Source: Chloroflexi bacterium UBA5189
GTDB lineage: Bacteria; Chloroflexota; Limnocylindria; Limnocylindrales; CSP1-4
Assembly (NCBI GenBank): GCA_002413045.1
Contig: DHWF01000051.1
Span: forward strand, 9,809-73,676
DNA length: 63,868 nucleotides
Reading direction: 5' to 3'
Below the pieces are notes generated by a model that made no database searches, was not told the origin of the DNA, and saw only the letters and a list, made by a program, of their open reading frames with translations. The position numbers and the translations under genes are program-made. Positions 27,282 through 36,623 of this stretch are shown here, piece by piece; position 1 is the stretch's first letter; the number at the start of each line of letters is the position of its first letter.

Positions 27282-28070
27282 ATGCGTTCACTCGTCGGAC
27301 TGGTCCTGGCTGGCTTCCTGCTTGCCGCATGCGGAGCCAGCAGCCCAACGGCACAGCCTGCCGCGACGACGGCTCCAAGCCAGACGACCCAGACGGCCGC
27401 CGCGACACAGGCAGCCGTGGCGACCCCTGAAGGCACGATCGTTCGCTGCCCGAATCCGGACGGCGGCTCGCTCAACTTCTGCCTCGGCCCGCTCCCGGCC
27501 GGGACGTACACGACCATCGGCTTCCGGCCCAAGCTGACCTATTCGGTTCCCGAGGGTTGGACGAACATGGAGGACCTGCCCGGGAACTTCCTGCTGCTGC
27601 CTCCGGGCAGCACGCTCGGCGGCGTGAACCCAGGCACCAGCGATTACCTTGGCGTGTACACGTCCGTCGTTGCGCCGGGGCATTGCACCGGCCATCCATC
27701 CGATACCGTGCCGGCGACGTTCGACGGGCTCGTCGGCTACCTCACCTCGAAACCGTCCCTGGCCGTGACGAACAAGCACGACGTCTCGATCGGCGGACTC
27801 ACTGGCGTGGCGCTGGACCTCGCGATCAAGGGTGCGACCGGTGACGGCTGCTCCGATGGCGCATACGCGGACATCTATGTCGGGTCGCCGCCATCCGATC
27901 TCGTGCATGGCGTTATCGCGACCGAGCCGATCCGGGTGTACCTGCTGCGAAACGGCGACAAGACGCTCGCCATCGAGATGGCCGATGCCCGGCCCGGCGG
28001 CAGCGATCTGACCGATTGGTGGACGGCGGCGAGCGCGCTCGCGGCGATGTTCGAGTTCGTCGTCCAGTAG
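27282..28070 (+). CDS. Hypothetical lipoprotein
   Basis: Lipobox LAAC; T/A linker; GPLPAGTY...F.P.LTY.VP.GW and V.IGGL.G..LDL motifs. Confidence 0.82.
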   Translation: MRSLVGLVLAGFLLAACGASSPTAQPAATTAPSQTTQTAAATQAAVATPEGTIVRCPNPDGGSLNFCLGPLPAGTYTTIGFRPKLTYSVPEGWTNMEDLPGNFLLLPPGSTLGGVNPGTSDYLGVYTSVVAPGHCTGHPSDTVPATFDGLVGYLTSKPSLAVTNKHDVSIGGLTGVALDLAIKGATGDGCSDGAYADIYVGSPPSDLVHGVIATEPIRVYLLRNGDKTLAIEMADARPGGSDLTDWWTAASALAAMFEFVVQ

Positions 28071-28097
28071 ACAGCGGTGCGCTATAGTCCGGCCAAC

Positions 28098-28345
28098 GCA
28101 TCGATCGGGACACGCGATCGAGGGCAGGTCTCAGAGCGAGCCGGGCTGGTGGAAGCCGGCAGATCGACCTTCGAACCCGCACCACCCGTGAGCGGCCGGT
28201 GAACCGGCCCGGGTCCGCCCGTTAGCGCGGCGCGAGCGCCCTGCTCGAGAGCCTCCTCGGAGGCGCGGGTCGGGAAGGCGGGTGGAACCGCGGGAAGTCG
28301 AGCTGTTCGACCTCTCGTCCTGTCGTGGACGAGGGGTCGTTTCGA
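28098..28345 (+). promoter_or_regulatory. T-box riboswitch (Thr specifier) with terminator
   Basis: TATAGT -10 at 28083; AGAG and GGTGGAA stem I motifs; ACC specifier at 28181-28183; T-box AAGGCGGGTGGAACCGCG; hairpin GACCTCTCGTCC/GGACGAGGGGTC. Confidence 0.92.
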
Positions 28346-28364
28346 TTCTCGGGAGGTCGATGCA

Positions 28365-30257
28365 ATGGCGGACAACGTGAACGAGGCGGCGCCGGCGGGC
28401 GCGCCCCCTGCGGCCGACGCGGGCCACGCCGCCGGGGCGGTCGACGTGGAGATCCTCGAGGCGCCGGAGCGCGGCTCGGTCGACGAGCTGCTGGATGCGG
28501 GCGCCCACGACGAGCTCGATGCGATGCGCCACTCGACGGCCCACGTCATGGCGGAGGCGGTCCTCGACCTGTTCCCGGGCACCAAGCTCGGCATCGGGCC
28601 GGCGGTCGCCGACGGCTTCTACTACGACTTCGACGTCCCGCGCGCGCTCACGCCGGACGACCTCGCCGCGATCGAGGTGCGGATGCGCGAGAGCGTCGCC
28701 GCGAACCATCCGTTCATCCGCAGGGAAGTTCCGTTCGACGACGGGCGCGCCGCCGTCGAGGGCCGGGGCCAGACGTACAAGGTCGAGATCCTCGACGACC
28801 TCGCCGCGAAGGCGAAGGCGGCCGGGGAGGGGAGTCCCGCGATCACCTTCTACGAGCACGGGCCGTTCAGCGACCTGTGCCGCGGACCGCATGTGGCATC
28901 GACCGGCAAGATCGGGCCGTTCAAGCTGCTGTCGGTCGCCGGCGCGTACTGGCGCGGCGACGCGAAGCGGCCGGCGCTCCAGCGCATCTACGGCACGGTC
29001 TGGGCGGACCAGGAGGCCCTGGACGCGTTCCTGTGGCGCCGGGCGGAGGCGAAGAAGCGCGACCATCGCCGGCTCGGCGTGCAGCTCGACCTGTTCAGCT
29101 TCCACGACGTGAGCCCCGGCGCCGCGTTCTGGCATCCGAAGGGCCAGAAGCTGTATCGGCTGCTCGAGGATTCGATGCGCGAGCTCCAGGCTCGCCGCGA
29201 CTATCTCGAGGTCTCCACGCCGATGCTGGTCAGCGAGCGGCTGTGGCAGCAGTCCGGCCACTGGGACCTGTATCGCGAGAACATGTTCCTGTTCGAGTCC
29301 GAGAACCAGACCTTCAGCCTGAAGCCGATGAACTGCCCCGAGTCCACGTTCATCTACCGCTCGAGGAAGCGCTCGTACCGCGACCTGCCGCTGCGCTACG
29401 CCGAGTACGGCCGGCTGCATCGCAACGAGCTGTCGGGCACGCTCAGCGGGTTGACGCGCGTGCGGCAATTCGTCCAGGACGACGCCCACATCTACGTCCG
29501 CCCGGATCAGCTCATGGAGGAGATCCAGGCGCTCCTGGGCGAGGTTCGCGAGGCGTACGGCTGGTTCGGCTTGACGCCACGCTTCAGCTTCGCGACGAAG
29601 CCGGACAAGGCGATCGGCGACCCGGCGCTGTGGGAGCGCGCCGAGCGGCTAACGATGGAGGCCTTCGCTGCCTCGGACATCAGCTACGAGCTGAAGCCCA
29701 AGGACGGCACGTTCTACGCGCCAAAGATCGACATCTACATCGACGACGCCCTCGGGCGCGAGTGGCAGATGGCGACCATCCAGATCGACCTGACGATGCT
29801 GCCCGAGCGGTTCGACCTCAAGTACGACGACGAGACCGGCGCCGCGGTTCGACCGATCGCGCTGCATCGCGCCATCTACGGCAGCATCGAACGGTTCATC
29901 GGCATCCTGGTCGAGCACTTCGCCGGCGCGTTCCCGCTGTGGATCGCGCCCGTGCAGGCGGTGGTCATCCCGATCGCCGACCGGCACGTCGAGCCGGCGG
30001 AGGAGCTCGCCTCCGTGCTCCGCTCGCGCGGCCTTCGGGTGGAGGTGGACGCCTCGGACAACCGGATGCAGAACAAGATCCGGCTCGCCCAGGAGCAGAA
30101 GGTGCCGTACATGCTCGTCCTCGGCGACCGCGAGGTCGAGGCGAAGACGGCCACCGTCCGCCGGCGTGGCGAGGAGAAGGGAGCCGCGCAGGAAACGCTG
30201 ACCTGGGATGCCCTCGCCGATCGCTTCGCTGCGGAGGCCGCTGCGAGGGGAGCCTGA
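28365..30257 (+). CDS. thrS: Threonine--tRNA ligase
   Basis: RHSTAH, DLCRGPH, RDHRRLG, KPMNCP, HRAIYGSIERF. Confidence 0.98.
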   Translation: MADNVNEAAPAGAPPAADAGHAAGAVDVEILEAPERGSVDELLDAGAHDELDAMRHSTAHVMAEAVLDLFPGTKLGIGPAVADGFYYDFDVPRALTPDDLAAIEVRMRESVAANHPFIRREVPFDDGRAAVEGRGQTYKVEILDDLAAKAKAAGEGSPAITFYEHGPFSDLCRGPHVASTGKIGPFKLLSVAGAYWRGDAKRPALQRIYGTVWADQEALDAFLWRRAEAKKRDHRRLGVQLDLFSFHDVSPGAAFWHPKGQKLYRLLEDSMRELQARRDYLEVSTPMLVSERLWQQSGHWDLYRENMFLFESENQTFSLKPMNCPESTFIYRSRKRSYRDLPLRYAEYGRLHRNELSGTLSGLTRVRQFVQDDAHIYVRPDQLMEEIQALLGEVREAYGWFGLTPRFSFATKPDKAIGDPALWERAERLTMEAFAASDISYELKPKDGTFYAPKIDIYIDDALGREWQMATIQIDLTMLPERFDLKYDDETGAAVRPIALHRAIYGSIERFIGILVEHFAGAFPLWIAPVQAVVIPIADRHVEPAEELASVLRSRGLRVEVDASDNRMQNKIRLAQEQKVPYMLVLGDREVEAKTATVRRRGEEKGAAQETLTWDALADRFAAEAAARGA

Positions 30258-30355
30258 CCGACCCTGTGCTATATTCCCGCGGCGACCGGGACGGCCGCGG
30301 CTTTGCCGTTGCCTGACCGGAAACGACAAGCAAATCGTTCGAGAGGGAAGCAACC

Positions 30356-31075
30356 ATCAGCCGAGACCTGCGCATCAACGAGATGATCCGGATCCCACAG
30401 GTCCGAGTGATCGACGAAGAGGACAATCAGCTGGGTGTCATGCCCACGCCCCAAGCCCTCGAGATGGCGCAGGAGCGGGGCCTCGACCTTGTCGAGGTAG
30501 CCCCGATGGCGGCTCCGCCGGTTGTTCGATTTCTCAACTTCGGCCAGTACAAGTACGAGCTGACGAAGCGGGAGAAGGAGAACAAGCGCCGGCAGCGCTC
30601 GGTGACCTTCAAGGAAGTGCGGCTCTCGCCGAAGATCGGCGTGGGCGACTTCGATACGAAGGTCCATCGGGCGGTGGAGTTCCTCTCCGACGGCGATCGA
30701 ATCAAGGTCACGGTCCGCTTCAGAGGTCGCGAGCTCAGCCACCCCGAGCTGGGGCGGGTGCTGCTCGAGAAGTTCTCGAAGCTGGTCGAAGAGCATGGAA
30801 CCATCGAGCGCCAGCCGGTGCTCGAGGGCAAGTCGATGTTCATCGTCCTGGCCTCGACGCACAAGCCGAAGGTCGTCGAGCCGGGTCCGAAGGCAAATCG
30901 CCCGGACGACGGTGGCGATGGTGCAACTGACGATCCGGTAGTGGCGCCAAAGGGACCTACGGCGCCGACGAACGGAGCAGCGGCAACGCCGGCGCCGGTG
31001 GCGGCACCAGCGGAAGCAAAGGCGACGAACGGGGCGGAGGCGACGAAGGTCGCGATGCCGACAACGGGAGACTAA
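30356..31075 (+). CDS. infC: Translation initiation factor IF-3 (ATC start)
   Basis: GAGAGGGA RBS then in-frame ATC-S-R-D-L-R-I-N-E; LDLVEVAP, KVTVRFRGRE. Confidence 0.96.
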   Translation: MSRDLRINEMIRIPQVRVIDEEDNQLGVMPTPQALEMAQERGLDLVEVAPMAAPPVVRFLNFGQYKYELTKREKENKRRQRSVTFKEVRLSPKIGVGDFDTKVHRAVEFLSDGDRIKVTVRFRGRELSHPELGRVLLEKFSKLVEEHGTIERQPVLEGKSMFIVLASTHKPKVVEPGPKANRPDDGGDGATDDPVVAPKGPTAPTNGAAATPAPVAAPAEAKATNGAEATKVAMPTTGD

Positions 31076-31084
31076 AGAACAGCA

Positions 31085-31282
31085 ATGCCGAAGATGAAGA
31101 GCCACAAGGCGGCCCAGAAGCGTATCGGCGTGACCGGCAGCGGCAAGGTCATCCGAGTCAACGCCTGGCGTGGCCACCACCTCGAAATCAAGTCCTCCCG
31201 CCGAACCCGGCGCTATGCCGGCGTCTCCACGATGGACAAGACCCACGCCAAGCAGGTCCGGCGCCTGCTCCCGTACCTCTAG
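31085..31282 (+). CDS. rpmI: 50S ribosomal protein L35
   Basis: MPKMKSHKAAQKR..VTGSGK...LLPY; infC-rpmI-rplT context. Confidence 0.96.
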   Translation: MPKMKSHKAAQKRIGVTGSGKVIRVNAWRGHHLEIKSSRRTRRYAGVSTMDKTHAKQVRRLLPYL

Positions 31283-31297
31283 GAGCCCGACAGCCCA

Positions 31298-31648
31298 ATG
31301 GCACGAGTCAAGCGCGGCGTCACCGCGCACGCCCGCCACAAGCGCCTCCTCGACGACGCCGAGGGTCGCAAGGGCACCCGCTCGCGGCTGGTCAAGCCGG
31401 CGCGCGAGGCCCTGCTCCACGCCCTCGCCTACGCGACGCGCGACCGCAAGCAGCGCAAGCGTGATTTCCGCGGCCTCTGGATCGTCCGCATCAACGCGGC
31501 TGTCCGCAAGGAAGGCTGGACCTACGGCCGGTTCATCGAGGGCCTGAAGAAGGCCAACATCGACATCGATCGAAAGATCCTCGCCGACCTCGCCGTGCGC
31601 GACGCCGGTACGTTTACGCAGATCGTCGAAGCGGCGAAGGGAAGCTGA
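31298..31648 (+). CDS. rplT: 50S ribosomal protein L20
   Basis: [39 protein letters not shown]. Confidence 0.98.
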   Translation: MARVKRGVTAHARHKRLLDDAEGRKGTRSRLVKPAREALLHALAYATRDRKQRKRDFRGLWIVRINAAVRKEGWTYGRFIEGLKKANIDIDRKILADLAVRDAGTFTQIVEAAKGS

Positions 31649-31674
31649 TCGAACAGCTCCCGCCCCACCGCTCG

Positions 31675-31711
31675 ACGAGCCCTCGACATCCTCGGATGAT
31701 CGGGGGCTCGT
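31675..31711 (+). terminator. Stem-loop after rplT
   Basis: ACGAGCCCTCGA..CATCC/GGATG..TCGGGGGCTCGT. Confidence 0.6.
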
Positions 31712-31765
31712 GATTCAAGGACCGGACAGCCCGTACCATCGAAGCCTCGGACAGGAAGGACCCGC

Positions 31766-32806
31766 GTGGAACTCGCTCAGCTGACGCAGGATCTCGAGAC
31801 GCTGGCGGCGGAGACCGCGACTGCGCTCGCGGGCGCGCCCGATGTCGCGTCCCTCGATGCGCTCGAGGTCGACGTCCTCGGCAAAAAGGGCCGCCTCACC
31901 GGCGTCCTGCGCGGCATCGGTGCGCTGCCCGTCGACGACCGGCCGAAGGTCGGCGCCGTCGCGAACCGGGTCCGTGCCGGCATCGAAGCGGAGATCGCGG
32001 AGCGCCGAGCGGTGCTTGGCTCGGCCGAGCTCGACGCCCGCCTCGCCGCCGAGACGATCGACGTCACGATGCCGGGCCGACCGTTCCGGCACGGCTCGCT
32101 CCACCCGAGCATCGAGTCGATGTTCGAGATCGCTCGAATCTTCGGCCAGTTCGGGTTCGTGGTCCACGAGAGCCCCGAGATCGAGGACGACCTGACCAAC
32201 TTCCAGGACCTGAACATCCCGCCGGACCATCCGGCGCGCGACCTGTGGGACACCCTGTACGTGGACATCCCCGGGCACCTGCTGCGGACCCACACGTCGC
32301 CCGGCCAGCTCCACGTCATGCGGACGATGCAGCCGCCGATCCGGGCGCTGCTCCCTGGCCGCTGCTTCCGGTACGAGGCGATCGACGCCTCGCACGGCTC
32401 GGAGTTCTTCCAGGTCGAGGGGATCATGGTCGACGAAGGCACCACCATGGGCGACCTGCGCGGCCTGCTCGACGAGTTCGCCCACGCGATGTTCGGCGCC
32501 GGCAAGCGGACGCGGTTCCGGCCCGGCTACTACCCGTTCACGGAGCCGTCCGTCGCGTTCGATGTCGAGTGCCTCGTGTGCGGCGGGCCCGGCTGCCCGG
32601 CGTGCGGCCGGAGCGGCTGGATGACGATCCTGGGCGCGGGGATGATCCATCCCGTCGTGCTTCGCCGAGGCGGGCTCGACCCGGAGCGCTACCAGGGATT
32701 CGCGTTCGGGATGGGGCCGGAGCGGATCTCGATGCTGCGGCACCGGATCACCGACCTGCGCCTGTTCCTCGAGAACGACGTCCGCTTCCTGGGCCAGTTC
32801 CGATGA
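31766..32806 (+). CDS. pheS: Phenylalanine--tRNA ligase alpha subunit
   Basis: HPARDLWDT, LRTHTSP, FFQVEG, YYPFTEPS, GFAFGMGPER. Confidence 0.98.
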   Translation: MELAQLTQDLETLAAETATALAGAPDVASLDALEVDVLGKKGRLTGVLRGIGALPVDDRPKVGAVANRVRAGIEAEIAERRAVLGSAELDARLAAETIDVTMPGRPFRHGSLHPSIESMFEIARIFGQFGFVVHESPEIEDDLTNFQDLNIPPDHPARDLWDTLYVDIPGHLLRTHTSPGQLHVMRTMQPPIRALLPGRCFRYEAIDASHGSEFFQVEGIMVDEGTTMGDLRGLLDEFAHAMFGAGKRTRFRPGYYPFTEPSVAFDVECLVCGGPGCPACGRSGWMTILGAGMIHPVVLRRGGLDPERYQGFAFGMGPERISMLRHRITDLRLFLENDVRFLGQFR

Positions 32807-32816
32807 GCCCGGTTCG

Positions 32817-35330
32817 ATGAGAGTCCCGCTCTCGTGGCTCCGCGAATTCGTCGACGTCGACTTGGCGCCGGAGGATCTCGCCGCGCGGCTGACGCTGCTC
32901 GGCATGGAGGTCAAGGGCATCGAGCGGCGGGGGACCGACTGGGCGAACGTCGTCGTCGGTGAGCTCCTCGCGGTCGAGAAGCACCCGAACGCCGACCGGC
33001 TCTCGCTCACGCGCGTGAACATGGGCTCCGGCGAGCCGCTCGAGATCGTGTGCGGGGCGACGAACATCGCCGTCGGCCAGCGGGTGCCCGTGGCGCTGCC
33101 GGGGGCCGTGCTGCCGGGCAATCGGCGGATCGAGCGGACCGAGAAGATGGGCGTCGTCTCGAACGGGATGCTCTGCTCGGGGGATGAGCTGGGGCTCAAC
33201 GCGGACGCGGATGGGATCCTGATTCTCGCCCCCGAAACGCCGCTCGGCGCCAAGCTGGCCGACCTGTACGGCGACGTGGTCCTCGACGTCGACGTCAAGC
33301 CGAACCGCGGCGACGCGCTGTCGATCCTTGGCATCGCCCGTGAAGTTGCCGCGTTGACCGGCGGGACGGTGCGGATGCCCGCGATCGAGGTCGCCGATAC
33401 CGGCGAACCGATCGAAGGGCGGCTCACCGTCCGCGTGGACGACGAGCGGCTCTGCCCGCGCTTCGTGGGCCGGTGGGTGGATGGCGTCACCGTGCGGCCG
33501 TCACCGGACTGGGTCCAGATGCGGCTCCTCGCCGCCGGCATCCGGCCGATCAGCAACGTCGTCGACGCGTCGAATTACGTCATGGTGGAGCTGGGCAAGC
33601 CGATCCACACCTTCGATGCGGCTGCGGTGGCGCGGGACGGCAGCGGCCGGGCCGGGATCGTGGTGCGGCCGGCTGCGGCGGGGGAGCGCCTCGAGACCCT
33701 GGACCACGTCGATCGGGCCCTGGACCCGGAGGCCCTCCTCATCGCCGACGCCAACGGGCCGCTCGGGATCGCGGGCGTCATGGGTGGAGCGGCATCCGAG
33801 GTGTCAAATGCGACGCCGGCCGTGATCGTCGAGTCGGCGATCTTCGATCCGGTGAGCATTCGCCGCACGGCGTTCCGGTTCGCCCTGCGGTCCGAGGCGA
33901 GCCTGCGGTTCGAGAAGGGCCAGGAGTTCCGGCTCGCCCGAGTCGGCGCGGACCGCACCGCGCAGCTGATCCTGGCGTGGGCTGGCGGCTCGGTGGCGAG
34001 GGGCGCGGTCGACACCCATCCCGAAGAGCCGACGCCTCGACGCGTCGCGTTCCGGCCGGCGCGGGTGGATCGACTGCTCGGCACCTCGCTCGGCGTCGAC
34101 GCGCAGCGGGCCGTCCTCGAGCGGGTCGGCATCGAGACGGAGGTCTCGGCCGGTCCGATCGGCGTCGCCATCGCCGCCGGTCCGACGCCAGAATCCGTGC
34201 CCGCCGGCGCCGGCCACGCGGTGCTCGCGACCATCCCGACGTGGCGGCGCGACATCGAGATCGAGGCGGACCTCGCCGAGGAGATCGCGCGCATCCACGG
34301 CTACGAGGAGGTCCCGCCGCGGCGGCCGTCGACCCAGATGCCGGCCTGGCGCGAGACGCCCCTCGCGGCGCGCGATGCCCTCCGAGGCGCGCTCGCCGGT
34401 GCGGGCCTGACGGAGGTCGTCAGCTACGCCCTCGTGTCGGCGCGGATGATCGAGGCGTTCGCCTGGACCGTCGACGACCGGCCAGCCGCGGGCGAGGCCG
34501 CGCGCGAAGGCGCGCCGGTGACCGTCACGAACCCGCTCTCGATGGACCACTCGATCCTCCGGCAGTCCCTCGTCGGCAGCCTCGTCGAGGTCGTCGATAC
34601 CAACGCCAGGCACGGCCAGACGGATCTCGCGATCTTCGAGGTCGGCAAGGGGTACGGGCGCGTCGGCGACGACTCGCGGGAGTGGTGGCGCCTCGGGCTG
34701 GCGTTCGCCGGGGCGATGGAGCCGCCGGCCTGGAATCGCCCCCGCCGCGAGGCCGACATCGAGGATGCGAAGGGCGCCATCGAGCTGGTCGCAGGGCTGC
34801 TGGGCTCAGGCGTCCCGAAGTACACGCCGCTCGGCGACGAGCCGATCCTCCACCCGGGCCGGAGCGCGAGCGTCGAATCGCGCTTCGCCGACGGGTCGCT
34901 CGCGATCGCGGGCGTCGTCGGCGAGCTGCATCCGCGCCTGGCCGAGGCGTGGGACCTCCGAGCCCATCGGGTCGTCGTCGCGGAGCTGTCCGTCGCCGGG
35001 CTGGCCGGCGGCAGTCTCACGCCGGAGCGCTCGGTCCCGCTGCCACGCTTCCAGCCGATCGAGCGCGACCTCACCGTGGACGTGCCTGATCGCGTCGCCG
35101 CGGCCGCGGTCACCGACGCAGTGAGCGCTGCGGGAGGGTCTGCCCTAGAGGACACGACCCTCGTCGGCACCTATCGAGGCCATCCGCTCGGGCCGGACGA
35201 GCGCAGCCTCACGTTCCGTCTTCGGTTCGGCGCGCCGGATCGGGCGGTCGGCGAGGCCGAGATCGACGCCGCGATCGGTACGATCAGCGACGCGCTGAGG
35301 GAGAACATCGGAGCACGAATCCGCTCCTGA
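32817..35330 (+). CDS. pheT: Phenylalanine--tRNA ligase beta subunit
   Basis: MRVPLSWLREFV, HPNADRL, IVCGATN, PNRGD.LS..G.ARE, SEASLRFEKG, DLAEEIARIHGY. Confidence 0.98.
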   Translation: MRVPLSWLREFVDVDLAPEDLAARLTLLGMEVKGIERRGTDWANVVVGELLAVEKHPNADRLSLTRVNMGSGEPLEIVCGATNIAVGQRVPVALPGAVLPGNRRIERTEKMGVVSNGMLCSGDELGLNADADGILILAPETPLGAKLADLYGDVVLDVDVKPNRGDALSILGIAREVAALTGGTVRMPAIEVADTGEPIEGRLTVRVDDERLCPRFVGRWVDGVTVRPSPDWVQMRLLAAGIRPISNVVDASNYVMVELGKPIHTFDAAAVARDGSGRAGIVVRPAAAGERLETLDHVDRALDPEALLIADANGPLGIAGVMGGAASEVSNATPAVIVESAIFDPVSIRRTAFRFALRSEASLRFEKGQEFRLARVGADRTAQLILAWAGGSVARGAVDTHPEEPTPRRVAFRPARVDRLLGTSLGVDAQRAVLERVGIETEVSAGPIGVAIAAGPTPESVPAGAGHAVLATIPTWRRDIEIEADLAEEIARIHGYEEVPPRRPSTQMPAWRETPLAARDALRGALAGAGLTEVVSYALVSARMIEAFAWTVDDRPAAGEAAREGAPVTVTNPLSMDHSILRQSLVGSLVEVVDTNARHGQTDLAIFEVGKGYGRVGDDSREWWRLGLAFAGAMEPPAWNRPRREADIEDAKGAIELVAGLLGSGVPKYTPLGDEPILHPGRSASVESRFADGSLAIAGVVGELHPRLAEAWDLRAHRVVVAELSVAGLAGGSLTPERSVPLPRFQPIERDLTVDVPDRVAAAAVTDAVSAAGGSALEDTTLVGTYRGHPLGPDERSLTFRLRFGAPDRAVGEAEIDAAIGTISDALRENIGARIRS

Positions 35331-35348
35331 GCCTGTTACAGTCCCGCC

Positions 35349-35939
35349 GTGGACCAGCTCCAGCCGTTCGACCTCGTGATCGCCCTGGTCCTGCTGGCGA
35401 TGTTCATCGTCGGGTACGCCCAGGGCCTCGTCCGCCGGATCCTCGGCATCGCCGCGATCCTGTTCTCGCTCTTCGTCGGCGCCCTGCTGCGCCAGCCGCT
35501 CGGTGAGTACCTGACCCACGAGTGGACCACGATCGTCCCGGCGTACAGCTACATGGTCGCGTTCGGCGCGGTGTTCGTCGCCGTGGCCGTCACGCTCAGC
35601 ATCGGCATCCAGATCTCATATCGGCCGGCGCCGCTGTTCCCGCGCTACCCGGCCCTCGACGAGATCCTCGGCGGCCTGCTCGGCGTGTTCGAGGGGATCC
35701 TCATCCTCATCGCGATCATGCTGATCCTCGACCCGTACTTCACGCAGGCAGACGTCAGGGACCATGCCGGGATCGGCGAGTTCGGGCCGCTGCGGACCGT
35801 ATTCGGGTTCCTGGACACCTCGCTCACCGGATCGATCCTGCGCCACAACCTGGTCCCGGGGCTCCTCGCGATCTTCGGCCTGCTGATCCCGCAGGACGTG
35901 AAGGACGCGTTCGCCAGGGCGCTGACTGCCCGCGCCTGA
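35349..35939 (+). CDS. CvpA (colicin V production) family membrane protein
   Basis: DLVI....GYAQGLVR, LDEILGGLLGVFEG; 4 TMs; pheT-cvpA-mutS2 context. Confidence 0.88.
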   Translation: MDQLQPFDLVIALVLLAMFIVGYAQGLVRRILGIAAILFSLFVGALLRQPLGEYLTHEWTTIVPAYSYMVAFGAVFVAVAVTLSIGIQISYRPAPLFPRYPALDEILGGLLGVFEGILILIAIMLILDPYFTQADVRDHAGIGEFGPLRTVFGFLDTSLTGSILRHNLVPGLLAIFGLLIPQDVKDAFARALTARA

Positions 35940-35976
35940 TCGACGGCGACGCGTCCCGCGTGGGACGCTGCGGCGG

Positions 35977-36618
35977 ATGACCCTCTCCCGTGAGATTCTC
36001 GCCGGACCCACGCTCGATGCCGCCCGCGCCCTGCTCGGCGCGTACCTCGTCCGCGAGGCGCCCGACGGTGCCCCGGAAGCTCGACGCATCGGGCGCATCG
36101 TCGAGGTCGAGGCGTACATCGGGGAGGACGACGCCGCCTCGCACGCGAGGTTCGGACGCACGCCGCGCAACGCCGTCATGTTCGGGCCTCCGGGGATTTC
36201 CTACGTGTACCTTGTCTACGGGATGTACGAGTGCCTGAACGTGGTCACGGAGCCTGCTGGGCGGCCTGCCGCCGTGCTGATCCGCGCCGTCGAGCCGGTC
36301 GCGGGCGTCCCGGCGATGCGCGCCGCGCGACTTGCGCACGCCCTTCGCCGGGCGGGCACGGCTGACGCCCGCCTGCGGGCCATCGCACGGATCGGCGCGC
36401 TCATGCCGAGCGGCCTCACGGCCGGTCCCGGCCTCGTCGCCGCCGCCTTCGACATCTCGCGGGAGGACACCGGCCTGGACCTGCTCGAGCCGTCGGCGCC
36501 GCTCCGTATCGAGGCGGGCGCCGCAGCGGTGGACATCGTCGCAACGCCGCGCATCGGCATCGGCTACGCCCCGGAGCCGTGGCGAAGCCTGCCGTGGCGC
36601 TTCACCGAGCGCCGCTAG
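35977..36618 (+). CDS. mpg: 3-methyladenine DNA glycosylase (MPG/AAG family)
   Basis: GRIVEVEAY, YVYLVYGMYECLN, AVLIRAVEP, TPRIGI, PWRF. Confidence 0.93.
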   Translation: MTLSREILAGPTLDAARALLGAYLVREAPDGAPEARRIGRIVEVEAYIGEDDAASHARFGRTPRNAVMFGPPGISYVYLVYGMYECLNVVTEPAGRPAAVLIRAVEPVAGVPAMRAARLAHALRRAGTADARLRAIARIGALMPSGLTAGPGLVAAAFDISREDTGLDLLEPSAPLRIEAGAAAVDIVATPRIGIGYAPEPWRSLPWRFTERR

Positions 36619-36623
36619 CGAAG

